64,000 nucleotides of DNA from contig WTBR01000065.1 of NCBI GenBank assembly GCA_013138975.1, positions 43,750 through 107,749 on the forward strand, written 5' to 3'. Numbering within the stretch: position 1 is the stretch's first letter; each line of letters starts with the position of its first letter. Positions 20,269 to 30,049 of this stretch are shown here, piece after piece. Under the pieces are notes generated by a model. The model had not been told where the DNA came from. It made no database searches and saw only the letters and a program-made list of their open reading frames with translations. Position numbers and translations under genes: made by a program. Source of the stretch: Bacteroidales bacterium (GTDB taxonomy: Bacteria; Bacteroidota; Bacteroidia; Bacteroidales; UBA12077).

Positions 20269-20422
20269 GCAAGAAAACTCCAAATTACTCACAATCACTT
20301 TCAATTTTCAAAGGTGTTCGTGAGCTTCGCTAAGTTCTGCGTTATTCTTTTTTTGAAAACTTCGAAAGCTTTGTCTTTGAAGCCTTCTTGACAAAGACAG
20401 TAAAAAAGAGTAGTTTTCTTGC
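20269..20422 (+). mobile_element. MITE-like structured repeat rep2, copy 1 (154 bp, 10-bp terminal inverted repeats)
   Basis: TIRs are gcaagaaaac (20269..20278) and gttttcttgc (20413..20422). Internal hairpins are ctcac..gtgag and tctttga..caaagac. It is homologous to 62635..62862. Confidence 0.5.
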
Positions 20423-20699
20423 TGACACTAATTAGCGTATAATACTACGGCATAAATGCCGTAGTTAGTTAGAATTTTTTATACTTAAAATGTCAAAAAA
20501 AGCACTAAAATATTTGTTTAACCAAATGGCTTTACCTTTAGGCGGAGTAAGAAAGTAACAAAATGAATGAGCTTTAGCCCAACAAATTATAATAAAAAAT
20601 AAAATTAATAACTCTGTCCTTCCTAACTGCCTTTGGTATGTCAGACAAGATAAAGCATACGAATTAAATTATGAAGTTATTAATATCTTCTTCAAAGTT

Positions 20700-21716
20700 T
20701 TAAAATTTTGCTTGTAAACGCAGGTCTTCAATAAAATCAGATTTTATCCAGTATATATCCGAAAATCCATTCTGAGGTGAGTTATGCAAATCGAAAAAGT
20801 TATCAGAAGTAAACTCAGTAATAGATAAATTATTTTCGGGAATCTTAGCCGACATATAAAATAAGTATTTTCCATCTGGAGATAATGAAGCAGACCACTC
20901 CTGACCATTTGCACTATTAATTTGATCACCCATATTTATCGGATCACTCCAATTATCATTTTCATCTCTAAACACAATATAATAATCTGTTTTACCATAA
21001 GAATCGGCTAATCCAAAAGTCGGTATTATAATAAAACTTTCTTCGGGTGAAATAAAAGCATTAAACCTAGCACGCCCACCATTAACTTTTTCATTCATTT
21101 TTTCCGGCGTGGTATATTTTCCATCAACCAATTTCGATCGATAAATAAATTCTGATTTTAACTCAGAATCAAAATGATTATAATACATTGTTCCGTCTAA
21201 TGTTAAAGTAGGGAAAAATTCATTCTGATCGGTATTTACGGGCTCACCTAAATTGTAAGGTTCAGTCCAATTGCTATTTGCATCTTTATCTGAAACCCAA
21301 ATATCATATGAAGATTTTTCATCACCGGATATAGGTCTGTTAGATACAAAAAAAAGTTTTTGCCCATCATGCGTAATAAAGGGTTCCGTGTTTTGATATC
21401 TTACATCTTTACAAAAAGTAAAAATTTCTGGTTTTGTCCAAATTCCATTTATTTCCCGTGTATGAAAAATAGTGAAATAATCGGTATTGCCAATTTTTCG
21501 ATTAAAGAATAGTTCCTTTCCATCGGGACTTATAGCAATATCTCTATCAGCCATTCCCGATGATATAATTCCCGGTGCAAACAGTTCGGCAGAATCACTC
21601 GGCAGTGTTTGACCAAGGTAATCTCCTTTTAATACAGGAAACTTACTTTCATTTGTTTGTTGATTTGTACAAGCCGCAATAAGGATTATTGCTAAATAGA
21701 TAAGTTTTTTCATCAT
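20700..21716 (-). CDS. TolB-like beta-propeller (PD40/WD40-like repeat) lipoprotein
   Basis: Lipobox (LIAACT) and repeated ISPDGKELFF / ITHDGQKLFFVSNR / LSPDGKYLFYMS PD40 motifs. Confidence 0.8.
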   Translation of the reverse strand: MMKKLIYLAIILIAACTNQQTNESKFPVLKGDYLGQTLPSDSAELFAPGIISSGMADRDIAISPDGKELFFNRKIGNTDYFTIFHTREINGIWTKPEIFTFCKDVRYQNTEPFITHDGQKLFFVSNRPISGDEKSSYDIWVSDKDANSNWTEPYNLGEPVNTDQNEFFPTLTLDGTMYYNHFDSELKSEFIYRSKLVDGKYTTPEKMNEKVNGGRARFNAFISPEESFIIIPTFGLADSYGKTDYYIVFRDENDNWSDPINMGDQINSANGQEWSASLSPDGKYLFYMSAKIPENNLSITEFTSDNFFDLHNSPQNGFSDIYWIKSDFIEDLRLQAKF

Positions 21717-21786
21717 TGTAAAGGTTTATTTAACTTATAAGATTACAATAAACTGATTTACCCTGTTTTTTGCAAACAAAATCAGT

Positions 21787-21885
21787 GAAACTATAATTTC
21801 AGGAACGTTAGTGAACTAAAAGTATCTAATTGAACTGATCCTGAGCGGACTCAGCTGAGCTTGTCGAAGTTAAGTCGAAGGATCT
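21787..21885 (-). repeat. REP-like repeat family D, copy 1 (inverted orientation)
   Basis: Its reverse complement aligns with 29769..29888. Shared blocks are gttcactaNcgttcctNaaatNatagt and tcgacaagc..ctcag..gtccgctc.ggatc. Confidence 0.7.
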
Positions 21886-22096
21886 CATGAATCATCTCAC
21901 CCCTCAAAGCGAAATTAAAAATATTTTTTTGATACCCTGTCAGCTTACAACGAGTAGTTCATATTACAAACTACCAAAAATACAAAACTAGTTTCTTGAT
22001 TAATAAAAAACGCATCAGGATGTTGGCCCAATGCGTAACTATAATAAAACTGAAGAAATTTGAAACATGGAATTTGAAACCTAAACTTTAATATGT

Positions 22097-22642
22097 TTAC
22101 CTTTTATTTTCAATCCAATTTACAATTTGATCATCCATCGGATTTGTTTTTGAAAAAGCAACATCAACAAGCTTTCCATTTTCATCAATCATATATTTCT
22201 GAAAATTCCATTTTACTTTTGAATCCATTTTACCATTCATTTCCTTTTTGGTTAGCCACTCATACAAAGGATGTATATCGTTTCCTTTTACTGATATTTT
22301 CGACATCATCGGAAATGTTACACTATAATTTGAAGTGCAAAATTGCTTTATCTCAGCTTCTGAGCCCGGTTCTTGCTTCATGAAATTATTTGCTGGAAAA
22401 CCAATAACAACAAAGCCTCTAGAGCTGTATTTATCGTATAATTTTTGCAAATCTTCATACTGGGGTGTAAATCCACACTTCGAAGCTGTATTTACAACTA
22501 ATACTTTTTTTCCCTTTAGTGATGACAAATCAAAATCATCACCATCAATATTTTTCACTTTAAAATCGTAAAAGGATTTTGCCTGAGCCATTAATGCTAT
22601 TGAGATAAACATTAATACAGACATTGCTAATATTTTTTTCAT
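22097..22642 (-). CDS. Glutathione peroxidase (secreted/periplasmic)
   Basis: Signal peptide, then VVNTASKCGFTPQY (active-site Cys), GFPANNFMKQEPG and WNFQKYMID motifs. Confidence 0.92.
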   Translation of the reverse strand: MKKILAMSVLMFISIALMAQAKSFYDFKVKNIDGDDFDLSSLKGKKVLVVNTASKCGFTPQYEDLQKLYDKYSSRGFVVIGFPANNFMKQEPGSEAEIKQFCTSNYSVTFPMMSKISVKGNDIHPLYEWLTKKEMNGKMDSKVKWNFQKYMIDENGKLVDVAFSKTNPMDDQIVNWIENKR

Positions 22643-22711
22643 AACATTTACTTTTGTGTTAATAATTTAATTTATAATTAAACACATGGCAAGTAAATAT
22701 GTTCAGGTGAA

Positions 22712-23371
22712 TTAATTTCTATTATCGTGGAAAAAATAAGTAATAGATAAATTCCAAACCTGATTTTGGGAAATTATAAAAATAGTTTCTTCGGTAGTAT
22801 CAAATAAATCTGTAAAAGTCATTTGATATCTTACGCCAACCTGAAATTGTCCAATTCCAGTATTCAGAATTACACCCACTTCACCTAAACCACTATAATC
22901 AAAATGGTTTTCTACTTCTTTTTCATAGTATTCGCGACGATACAACTCGTTATTTACTTCTACACTTTCATTTTCCGATAAAAAATAAGCAAACGATGTT
23001 CCTAAATTTACGTACACTTTCATTTTTGGTCGCTTCCCCATAACAATCTGAGTAATAAAAGGTAATTCTATATAATTTAATTTTCTATTATATGAATTGC
23101 TTATTGTATCCAAATCTTCTGTCCAACCTTTTTGAGAATAATTTAATTCTATCTGCAATGCAAAATTATTTTCGTTTTGATATTTAAAAACTAAACCACC
23201 AGTATACCCTAATGTTAAACCTTGCGCAATTCCTGGGTTAAATCCTACAGTTGAATAATTAATACCTTGTTTTAAACCTAGCGAATATGAAGGTATAAAC
23301 TTATCTGTTTGAGCAGATATGTTTTGAACAACTAATAAAGTCAGTATCGATATTATAATAAAATGTCTCAA
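22712..23371 (-). CDS. Outer-membrane beta-barrel (porin/PorT-type) protein
   Basis: Signal peptide, alternating beta-strand pattern, 219 aa, typical of OMP_b-brl family proteins. Confidence 0.7.
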   Translation of the reverse strand: MRHFIIISILTLLVVQNISAQTDKFIPSYSLGLKQGINYSTVGFNPGIAQGLTLGYTGGLVFKYQNENNFALQIELNYSQKGWTEDLDTISNSYNRKLNYIELPFITQIVMGKRPKMKVYVNLGTSFAYFLSENESVEVNNELYRREYYEKEVENHFDYSGLGEVGVILNTGIGQFQVGVRYQMTFTDLFDTTEETIFIISQNQVWNLSITYFFHDNRN

Positions 23372-23874
23372 AATTTTATAATTTGATTTTTAGATTAGCA
23401 AATATAATTAATAGTTAATTTATACAAAGCATAAAATTATATTATAGTTTACAATTAAATATACTCCTTAGGTTTTACATAATAATGTAGTCGTACTATT
23501 TTAACTAATTTATTGGGATTTTATGATTTCTACCTACTTAATAAGGTGTAAAATGGATATTAGTTATTATGGCTATTTAATTAAATTTATTACTTTAGTT
23601 CCTTTAATACACTTAATTTCTTTTTTGTTGAATTTCATACAAAATATGCTCTACAAATTGGTATTATAAGTTTAACTTGAACAAATACTACTTGCACTAT
23701 ATAAACATCTAGATATTTGGATTACTAAATTATTATTCATCAACACTTTAGTATATAAAGTTTTATCAAAATGTTTTGAAAGCATATAATAAAAAACACA
23801 TGAAATTAATTGCTAATAGGCAATAAAAATTTATCTTAGTCCGAATTTAATTAAAAACTATTAAACAAAAAAAC

Positions 23875-24627
23875 ATGGATTCTAATCAAAATGATTATCA
23901 CATTAGTTTTTTTAAACCTACTACTGCTCTAGCTAAATGGAATAGAAATTTAGCTATAAAATTGATTTTAATTTGGGCTGTTGCAGTTTTCGGTTTTCAA
24001 TTTCTATTGCGATTAATTGAAAAACCAACCCCAGAAAATGCATATGTAAAATATGAACAGGTTTGGGAAAACATTTCAACGGAAAATGCTAGCATAGAAG
24101 AGATGCAAACATTTGCACACACTTCGCTTTCTGTATTAGGCAAATTAATTATTAAGCCTGATCAAAAAGTTTCATTAAGTAATGCTTTAAGTTGGGTTAC
24201 ATATCAATTAGCTGACTCGTTACAAAAGGAAAGTTTATTTAATCAGACTAAAGATCTTGAAAAAATAAGATCAGAAATAACATCTATTTCTGACCCTGTA
24301 TATCTAGAAGCTAAAAATGCTCTTTCTAATTTAGCGAATTCTATTTTAGGATTACAAAAAACAGATCCTAGAAGGTTAATTGTTGCATTAAGTTTAGTAT
24401 CAAACGATATGGAAGTATTTAAAGCTGAAAATAAAGCTCTAGTGCCAACAATAATGTCTACTTACTTAATTCACAATCAGTCAATTCTAACTGATACTAA
24501 ATTTTTAGGATTTCCTTTTCATTACTTCTATACAGCAGTATTCTTATTAATACTCTTTGTATTCTTATGCTGGTTATACTGCTATCGTGTAGATAAGAAG
24601 AACGTTGAGTTAGACATCGAAGAGTAA
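23875..24627 (+). CDS. DUF4212-like membrane protein with a large insertion between its two TM helices
   Basis: The N-terminal KWNRNLAIKLILIWAVAVFGFQFLL and C-terminal FLGFPFHYFYTAVFLLILFVFLCWLYCYRVDK resemble the two conserved halves of DUF4212. It lies directly upstream of an SSS transporter. Confidence 0.65.
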   Translation: MDSNQNDYHISFFKPTTALAKWNRNLAIKLILIWAVAVFGFQFLLRLIEKPTPENAYVKYEQVWENISTENASIEEMQTFAHTSLSVLGKLIIKPDQKVSLSNALSWVTYQLADSLQKESLFNQTKDLEKIRSEITSISDPVYLEAKNALSNLANSILGLQKTDPRRLIVALSLVSNDMEVFKAENKALVPTIMSTYLIHNQSILTDTKFLGFPFHYFYTAVFLLILFVFLCWLYCYRVDKKNVELDIEE

Positions 24628-24653
24628 TTCGTTACATTCAAAATTTAATAAAT

Positions 24654-26324
24654 ATGAAAAAGTTTTTATTACCTATAATATTACTACTTATGCCTTCCTT
24701 TTTGTTTGCTGCTGGTGCATCAACACAATTAGAAGGTGGATTTAAATTAGGGCCTGCTATTATATTAATTACCATATTATGTGTATTTGTATTAGTAGGA
24801 ATTATTTTTAGAGCAAAAGATACTACCGATTTTTATGCTGCCGGTCGTAGCATATCAAGAGTTGGATCAGGAATGGCTATCGCATCTAACTGGATGAGTG
24901 CAGCTTCATTTTTAGGTATGGCCGCTATTATGTATGGCTCTGGTTATCATGGATTAGCATACGTTGTTGGATGGACAGGCGGATATGTATTACTTTTAAT
25001 ACTTATGGCCGGTCAAATTCGTAAATATGGAAAATATACAGCTGCCGATTTTATTGGTGATCGTTATTATTCAAAAGGATTAAGAGCAACTGGAGCAATT
25101 ATTGCAATTTTAATTTCAATATCATATTGCGTTGGTCAATTTGGAGGAATCGGATTAATGTTTAAATGGATTCTTGGAATAGACTATGCAATTGCAGTAA
25201 TTATTGGAGGTTCTGTTGTTTTAGTTTACACCTTAATATCTGGTATGTTAGGTGTTACTAAAAATATGCAAATACAATATGTTATAATTATTATATCATT
25301 CCTTATTCCATTATTTATATTAACATTTAAATTTGATTATTTCTGGTTGTTACCTCAAATTGGTTACGGTTCAGTTGTATCTGATATTGTTTCCGGAATA
25401 CCTATTGCTGAAACTACTCAAATGTTTAATGCGTTGGGTCATGAATATGCTATGGTTCCTGCTCCTGAATTTGCTATGCCTTGGGATTCTGCAACCGGAC
25501 AAACATTCTTTCAATGGATGGCAATTGCATTTTCATTAATGGTTGGTACTGCAGGTTTACCTCACGTTATTCAACGATTTTATGTTGTACCTAAAGCTCG
25601 TGATGCTCGTTGGTCTGTAGTTTGGGGTTTATTCTTTATATGTATCCTTTATTGGAGTGCACCTGTTTATTCTGCATTCGGTAAAATATTATCAGCAAAT
25701 CCAGAAGTTGGAAAACTATCAAAAGACGCTATTGTAGTTTATACTGCACAGTTAGGTGGTATTAATCCATTAATTGTTGGATTATTAGCAGCAGGTGGTG
25801 TGTCAGCAGCATTTTCAACCGTTTCCGGCTTGTTAGTTGCAGGAGCATCAGCTTTCTCTCACGATTTATATGTTAAAGTATTGTATCCTGAAGCTTCTCC
25901 AAAAAAGCAATTACTTATGGCTAGAGTTGGAACTGTAGTAATGGCTATTATTGTTACTGCTATCGCCTTATTAAAATTAGGACTTATTGCTCAATTAGTT
26001 GCTGTTGCTTTTTCATTAGCAGGTTGTACAATTTTCCCATTATTCTTATTAGGAATATGGTGGAGTGGTTCTAATAAACAAGGTGCAATTGCTGGTTTAA
26101 TTGCAGGGGGTTTAGTTTCTCTTATAGCAATAACATATTTTGTTGCCGGAGTAAAAGGTGTTGATTTACCTGCTTCTGCATTTGTAGCTAAATGGCTTGG
26201 TGCTTGGTTCTTTGCATGGATTGGTGCTCCACTTGCTATTTTGGTAAATATAGTAGTTTCATTAATTACACCTGAAACACCTATTGAAATACGTAAGTTT
26301 TTAGTTCAAAATGTACACTCCTAA
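24654..26324 (+). CDS. Sodium:solute symporter family transporter (VC_2705 / ActP-like)
   Basis: 556 aa and about 13 TM helices. FYAAGRSISRVGSGMAIASNWMSAASFLG resembles the acetate-symporter signature region. Confidence 0.9.
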   Translation: MKKFLLPIILLLMPSFLFAAGASTQLEGGFKLGPAIILITILCVFVLVGIIFRAKDTTDFYAAGRSISRVGSGMAIASNWMSAASFLGMAAIMYGSGYHGLAYVVGWTGGYVLLLILMAGQIRKYGKYTAADFIGDRYYSKGLRATGAIIAILISISYCVGQFGGIGLMFKWILGIDYAIAVIIGGSVVLVYTLISGMLGVTKNMQIQYVIIIISFLIPLFILTFKFDYFWLLPQIGYGSVVSDIVSGIPIAETTQMFNALGHEYAMVPAPEFAMPWDSATGQTFFQWMAIAFSLMVGTAGLPHVIQRFYVVPKARDARWSVVWGLFFICILYWSAPVYSAFGKILSANPEVGKLSKDAIVVYTAQLGGINPLIVGLLAAGGVSAAFSTVSGLLVAGASAFSHDLYVKVLYPEASPKKQLLMARVGTVVMAIIVTAIALLKLGLIAQLVAVAFSLAGCTIFPLFLLGIWWSGSNKQGAIAGLIAGGLVSLIAITYFVAGVKGVDLPASAFVAKWLGAWFFAWIGAPLAILVNIVVSLITPETPIEIRKFLVQNVHS

Positions 26325-27100
26325 TGAGTATATCAATTAATAAAAAGACAAGAGCATTCATCCTTGGGATGACTGCTCTTTCTTTTATCGTTATAACGTT
26401 CTCATATTTTTATTATAAAAATATTAATTCGTCGAAAGACCCTAGAGTAACCAGCGCACGCGAACTATACGAAAAGTATAATAATTATGCGGCACAAAAT
26501 GATTTTGTAAATGTATTTGCTTTACTCGATTCCGTTGAATACATATATAATAATGCAAACCATTTTGCAGAATCGTTCGAGGTAGGTGTACTTTATAATA
26601 ATAGATCAGCCGCTTATCTTACAATGGCTCTATATGAAAATGCACCTGAAGCCTATATGCTATTATCAAAGGATTCTCTTTTGCAATTAGCTCAAGAATC
26701 TGTTCTTAAAAGTATTTCTATTTACGAAAACTGGTTAGAAATATATAGTGAGAAAAATTCTGATCAAATAATTAACATTCTTGATAATGACTATTTTATA
26801 GGATTAGAAAAATATTCCAAAAAAGAAATTAGTCGTTTTGTAAAAAATCGAGTAAAAGAAATTGAAACTGCCCAATACGAAACAGAAAGAAGATTATCGG
26901 TTGCTTACACTAATTTAGGAATTATATACAGGCACAAAGAACAATATGAACAAACGATTGAGAGTTATCAGAAAGCAATTGAATTTTGGGATCAAAATCT
27001 TACTGCAGAAAATAATTTGAATATTTTATTGGGCAAACCCTTGAAAAAAAGAAATTTAATTCAGAAATTATTCCCCCCTAAGCGTAAAGAAGATAAATAA
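26324..27100 (+). CDS. Membrane-anchored TPR-like protein
   Basis: One TM helix (AFILGMTALSFIVITFSYFYY) and a TPR-like AYTNLGIIYRHKEQYEQTIESYQKAIEF. Its start overlaps the upstream stop (TAATG). Confidence 0.6.
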   Translation: MSISINKKTRAFILGMTALSFIVITFSYFYYKNINSSKDPRVTSARELYEKYNNYAAQNDFVNVFALLDSVEYIYNNANHFAESFEVGVLYNNRSAAYLTMALYENAPEAYMLLSKDSLLQLAQESVLKSISIYENWLEIYSEKNSDQIINILDNDYFIGLEKYSKKEISRFVKNRVKEIETAQYETERRLSVAYTNLGIIYRHKEQYEQTIESYQKAIEFWDQNLTAENNLNILLGKPLKKRNLIQKLFPPKRKEDK

Positions 27101-27108
27101 GTTAAATA

Positions 27109-29622
27109 ATGCATTTAACGCCTAAAGATATTCGTAGATTTTTATCAGGAATCGTTTTTCCTTCGATACTTGCTGTTACCTTATTTATTATTTCAATCTA
27201 TATATTTATTATTCCTGTTTTTGAAAACAATATAATGGATAAAAAACGGGAAATGATAAGCGAACTGGTAAATACTGCATGGAGTCTTATCGAAGATTAT
27301 GATCAGGATTATAAAGATAGCCTCATTTCACTTGAAGAAGCTCAGCAACTGGCAATTCATAAAATAGAGAAGATGCGCTATGGTAACGAAAGTAAAGATT
27401 ACTTTTGGATTACCGATTTGTTTCCTCGAATGATAATGCATCCTTATCGTAAGGAATTAAATGGTACTGAGTTAACAAATTATTTTGATCAGGAGGGGAA
27501 AGCTTTATTTGTTGTTGCTGTTGATACGGTGAAAAATAACAATGAAGGTTTTATTGATTATGTATGGCAATGGAAAGATGACTCAAGTCGTATAGTACCT
27601 AAACTTTCTTTTGTAAAAATATATCCGGATTGGGATTGGATAATTGGAACGGGAATTTACCTTGAAGATGTTAAAGAAGAAATATCGGCTCTTGAAAAAC
27701 GATTATTTAAAATAGCTTTTATAGTTATAGGCATAGTTAGTATAATAATTCTTTTTATTGTTAAGCAAAGTCTTGATATTGAAAGAAAAAGACGAGATAT
27801 AGAAAATAAATTAAAAGCCTCGCGAAGAAAATATCAATCGCTGGTAGAGGCATCAGTTGACGGAACCTTACTTGTAATAGATGATCAAATCGTATTTTCA
27901 AATGCGAAATTTAATAATATGCTGGGGAGCTCGGCTAGTTACGTGCTTTCATTAAATTTTGATTCTATTTTCGATGTTAGATGGAATGATGTTAAATCAA
28001 AAATCAAGAAATCAAAACAATCTGAGTCTATTGATACTCAACTTAAAATACTAAATAAACCACACAAAGATGTTGTTATAACTATTTCAATGGTTTATTT
28101 TGGAAAACAAGAAGGTTTTATAATTATTGTTAAAGATATTACAAATGTTAAACTCGTTGAAAAGGAAACGGAACAACTTTCGAATGAAATTCAGACTTCG
28201 CTCTTATTAATGAATCAATCTATTAAGTATTTTGTAAAAGATTTAGTTAAATGTGATATTGATACTTCTATTTATGATGTTGCATTAATTATGACCAAAA
28301 AAAATCAGAATGTAGTTTTTATCACACAAAACAATAGTATTATAGGTATTGTAACAGATAGTGATTTAAGATCTAGAGTTATAGCAAAAAACATTAGTTC
28401 TTCGGGCACAATTGCTCAAATTATGACAGCTCCTGTTATAAATGTACAAGACAATATATTATTATATGAAGCTGTATTAATTTTTAACAAACAAAATATC
28501 ACTCATTTAGCTGTAAAGAACAACAAATCTGAGATAATTGGAGTACTAAGCAACAATGATGTCCACGCTATGCAGAGAAACTCGATAAGTTATCTTGTAA
28601 GAGAAGTAGAAATTGCTGTAAGCGTTGAATATATTCAGGAAATTACGAACAAGCTTCCTATATTAATAAACGCTTTAATTGATAGTGGTGCACGTACCCA
28701 AAATATAACCCGAATTATAACTTCATTAACAGATGCAATTACTGATAGACTTATTACTTTAGCTATTGAATCCCTTGGCCCTCCTCCGTGTAAATTTGCA
28801 TTTATAGCCGTAGGAAGCGAAGGCAGAATGGAACAAACCCTAGCTACGGATCAAGATAATGCCATAATTTTTGAAAATGTAGATAAAGAAAATCATTTAG
28901 TTTATAAAAGATATTTTCTTGAGTTAGGAAATAAAGTTACTAAAGCTCTTGATCAACTTGGATTTAAATATTGCATGGGTGAAGTTATGGCTAATAACCC
29001 TAAATGGGTTTTATCTTTAGATGAGTGGAAAAATCAATATAAAACATGGATAAATAATAGTGACCCAAAAAGTATATTGGAGGCCGGTATCTTTTTTGAT
29101 TTTAGATGTATTTATTGTGAAAAAGAATTAACTGACGATCTTCAGGATTTTATTTTTCAAGCCATTGAAAACAAAGCTGTATTTTTTCATCATATGGCAA
29201 TTCCAATTTTAAAATATAAGTCTGCTGTTAATTTATTTGGGAATATTGTTAGTAATTCAAAAAAAGATGATCAAAATACGCTTGACATTAAAAAGATTAT
29301 ATTACCAATTACCAGTTTCATCCGTTTATATTCCTTAAAAAATAATATTACAGAAACAAACTCTTTACTTCGATTAGAGAAATTATATTCTTTGAATCAG
29401 ATAAATAAAAACTTATACAACGAAATTAATGTATCGTATAATTATCTTATGCTTCTACGATTCAAATCACAAACCAATGAACTATTAAAAAAACGTAATC
29501 CTGATAATTTAATTGATATTGAAGAATTAACCGATATAGAAAAAACAACCATAAAGAAAATTATTTCTGACATTTCAAATCTTCAAGCTCAATTAAACTT
29601 CGACTTTAAAGGAAATCTTTAA
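27109..29622 (+). CDS. Multidomain sensor: Cache - TM - PAS - 2x CBS - DUF294 putative nucleotidyltransferase + DUF294_C
   Basis: Cache-like YFWITDLFPRMIMHPY..LNG, a PAS-like block after the second TM, a CBS pair (IIGIVTDSDLRSRV / IIGVLSNNDV), and the DUF294 NTase motif FIAVGSEGRMEQTLATDQDNAIIF. Confidence 0.85.
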   Translation: MHLTPKDIRRFLSGIVFPSILAVTLFIISIYIFIIPVFENNIMDKKREMISELVNTAWSLIEDYDQDYKDSLISLEEAQQLAIHKIEKMRYGNESKDYFWITDLFPRMIMHPYRKELNGTELTNYFDQEGKALFVVAVDTVKNNNEGFIDYVWQWKDDSSRIVPKLSFVKIYPDWDWIIGTGIYLEDVKEEISALEKRLFKIAFIVIGIVSIIILFIVKQSLDIERKRRDIENKLKASRRKYQSLVEASVDGTLLVIDDQIVFSNAKFNNMLGSSASYVLSLNFDSIFDVRWNDVKSKIKKSKQSESIDTQLKILNKPHKDVVITISMVYFGKQEGFIIIVKDITNVKLVEKETEQLSNEIQTSLLLMNQSIKYFVKDLVKCDIDTSIYDVALIMTKKNQNVVFITQNNSIIGIVTDSDLRSRVIAKNISSSGTIAQIMTAPVINVQDNILLYEAVLIFNKQNITHLAVKNNKSEIIGVLSNNDVHAMQRNSISYLVREVEIAVSVEYIQEITNKLPILINALIDSGARTQNITRIITSLTDAITDRLITLAIESLGPPPCKFAFIAVGSEGRMEQTLATDQDNAIIFENVDKENHLVYKRYFLELGNKVTKALDQLGFKYCMGEVMANNPKWVLSLDEWKNQYKTWINNSDPKSILEAGIFFDFRCIYCEKELTDDLQDFIFQAIENKAVFFHHMAIPILKYKSAVNLFGNIVSNSKKDDQNTLDIKKIILPITSFIRLYSLKNNITETNSLLRLEKLYSLNQINKNLYNEINVSYNYLMLLRFKSQTNELLKKRNPDNLIDIEELTDIEKTTIKKIISDISNLQAQLNFDFKGNL

Positions 29623-29768
29623 TTCCACCTACTAGTTTTCTTAAATTGTAATATTTTTAAAATGAACTACTCCGCCGCAAGCATACGGGGTATGAGCTGA
29701 GGAATTTTTCTTCAATCGCCCCAAGAGATGGGGAACTTCTCTCATGAGCAAAGCGAATAATAAGACAC

Positions 29769-29972
29769 AATAGATCCCTCGACTGCATTTCGACAAGCCT
29801 GACTGCCGTCAGGAAGGCTCAGTGGAGTCCGCTCGGGATCTGTTCGACTATATGATTTCAGTTCACTATCGTTCCTAAAATCATAGTCATAGTTCCAATA
29901 GATCCCTCGACTAAACTCGGGATCAGTTCGACTATATAATTTTAGTTCACTATCGTTCCTAAAATCATAGTC
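29769..29972 (+). repeat. REP-like repeat family D, two tandem copies (29769..29888 and 29897..29972)
   Basis: Both units start aatagatccctcgact and end gttcactatcgttcctaaaatcatagtc. Unit 2 lacks an internal segment of about 46 bp that contains tcgacaagcctgac...ggctcag. Confidence 0.8.
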
Positions 29973-30049
29973 TCACTGATTTAAACATTTTGTTTACTCT
30001 ACTGTTATACTAACTAAACGTTTAATAAAAATAAAGAAATCAAAATCTT

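Noticed and set aside
29769-29972. Tandem repeat considered as a possible mini-CRISPR array
   Set aside because: There are only two units. They are of unequal length (120 and 76 bp) and separated by 8 bp, so there are no spacer-sized unique segments. A third copy lies elsewhere in inverted orientation, and no cas genes are present. It is a REP-like element, not CRISPR.
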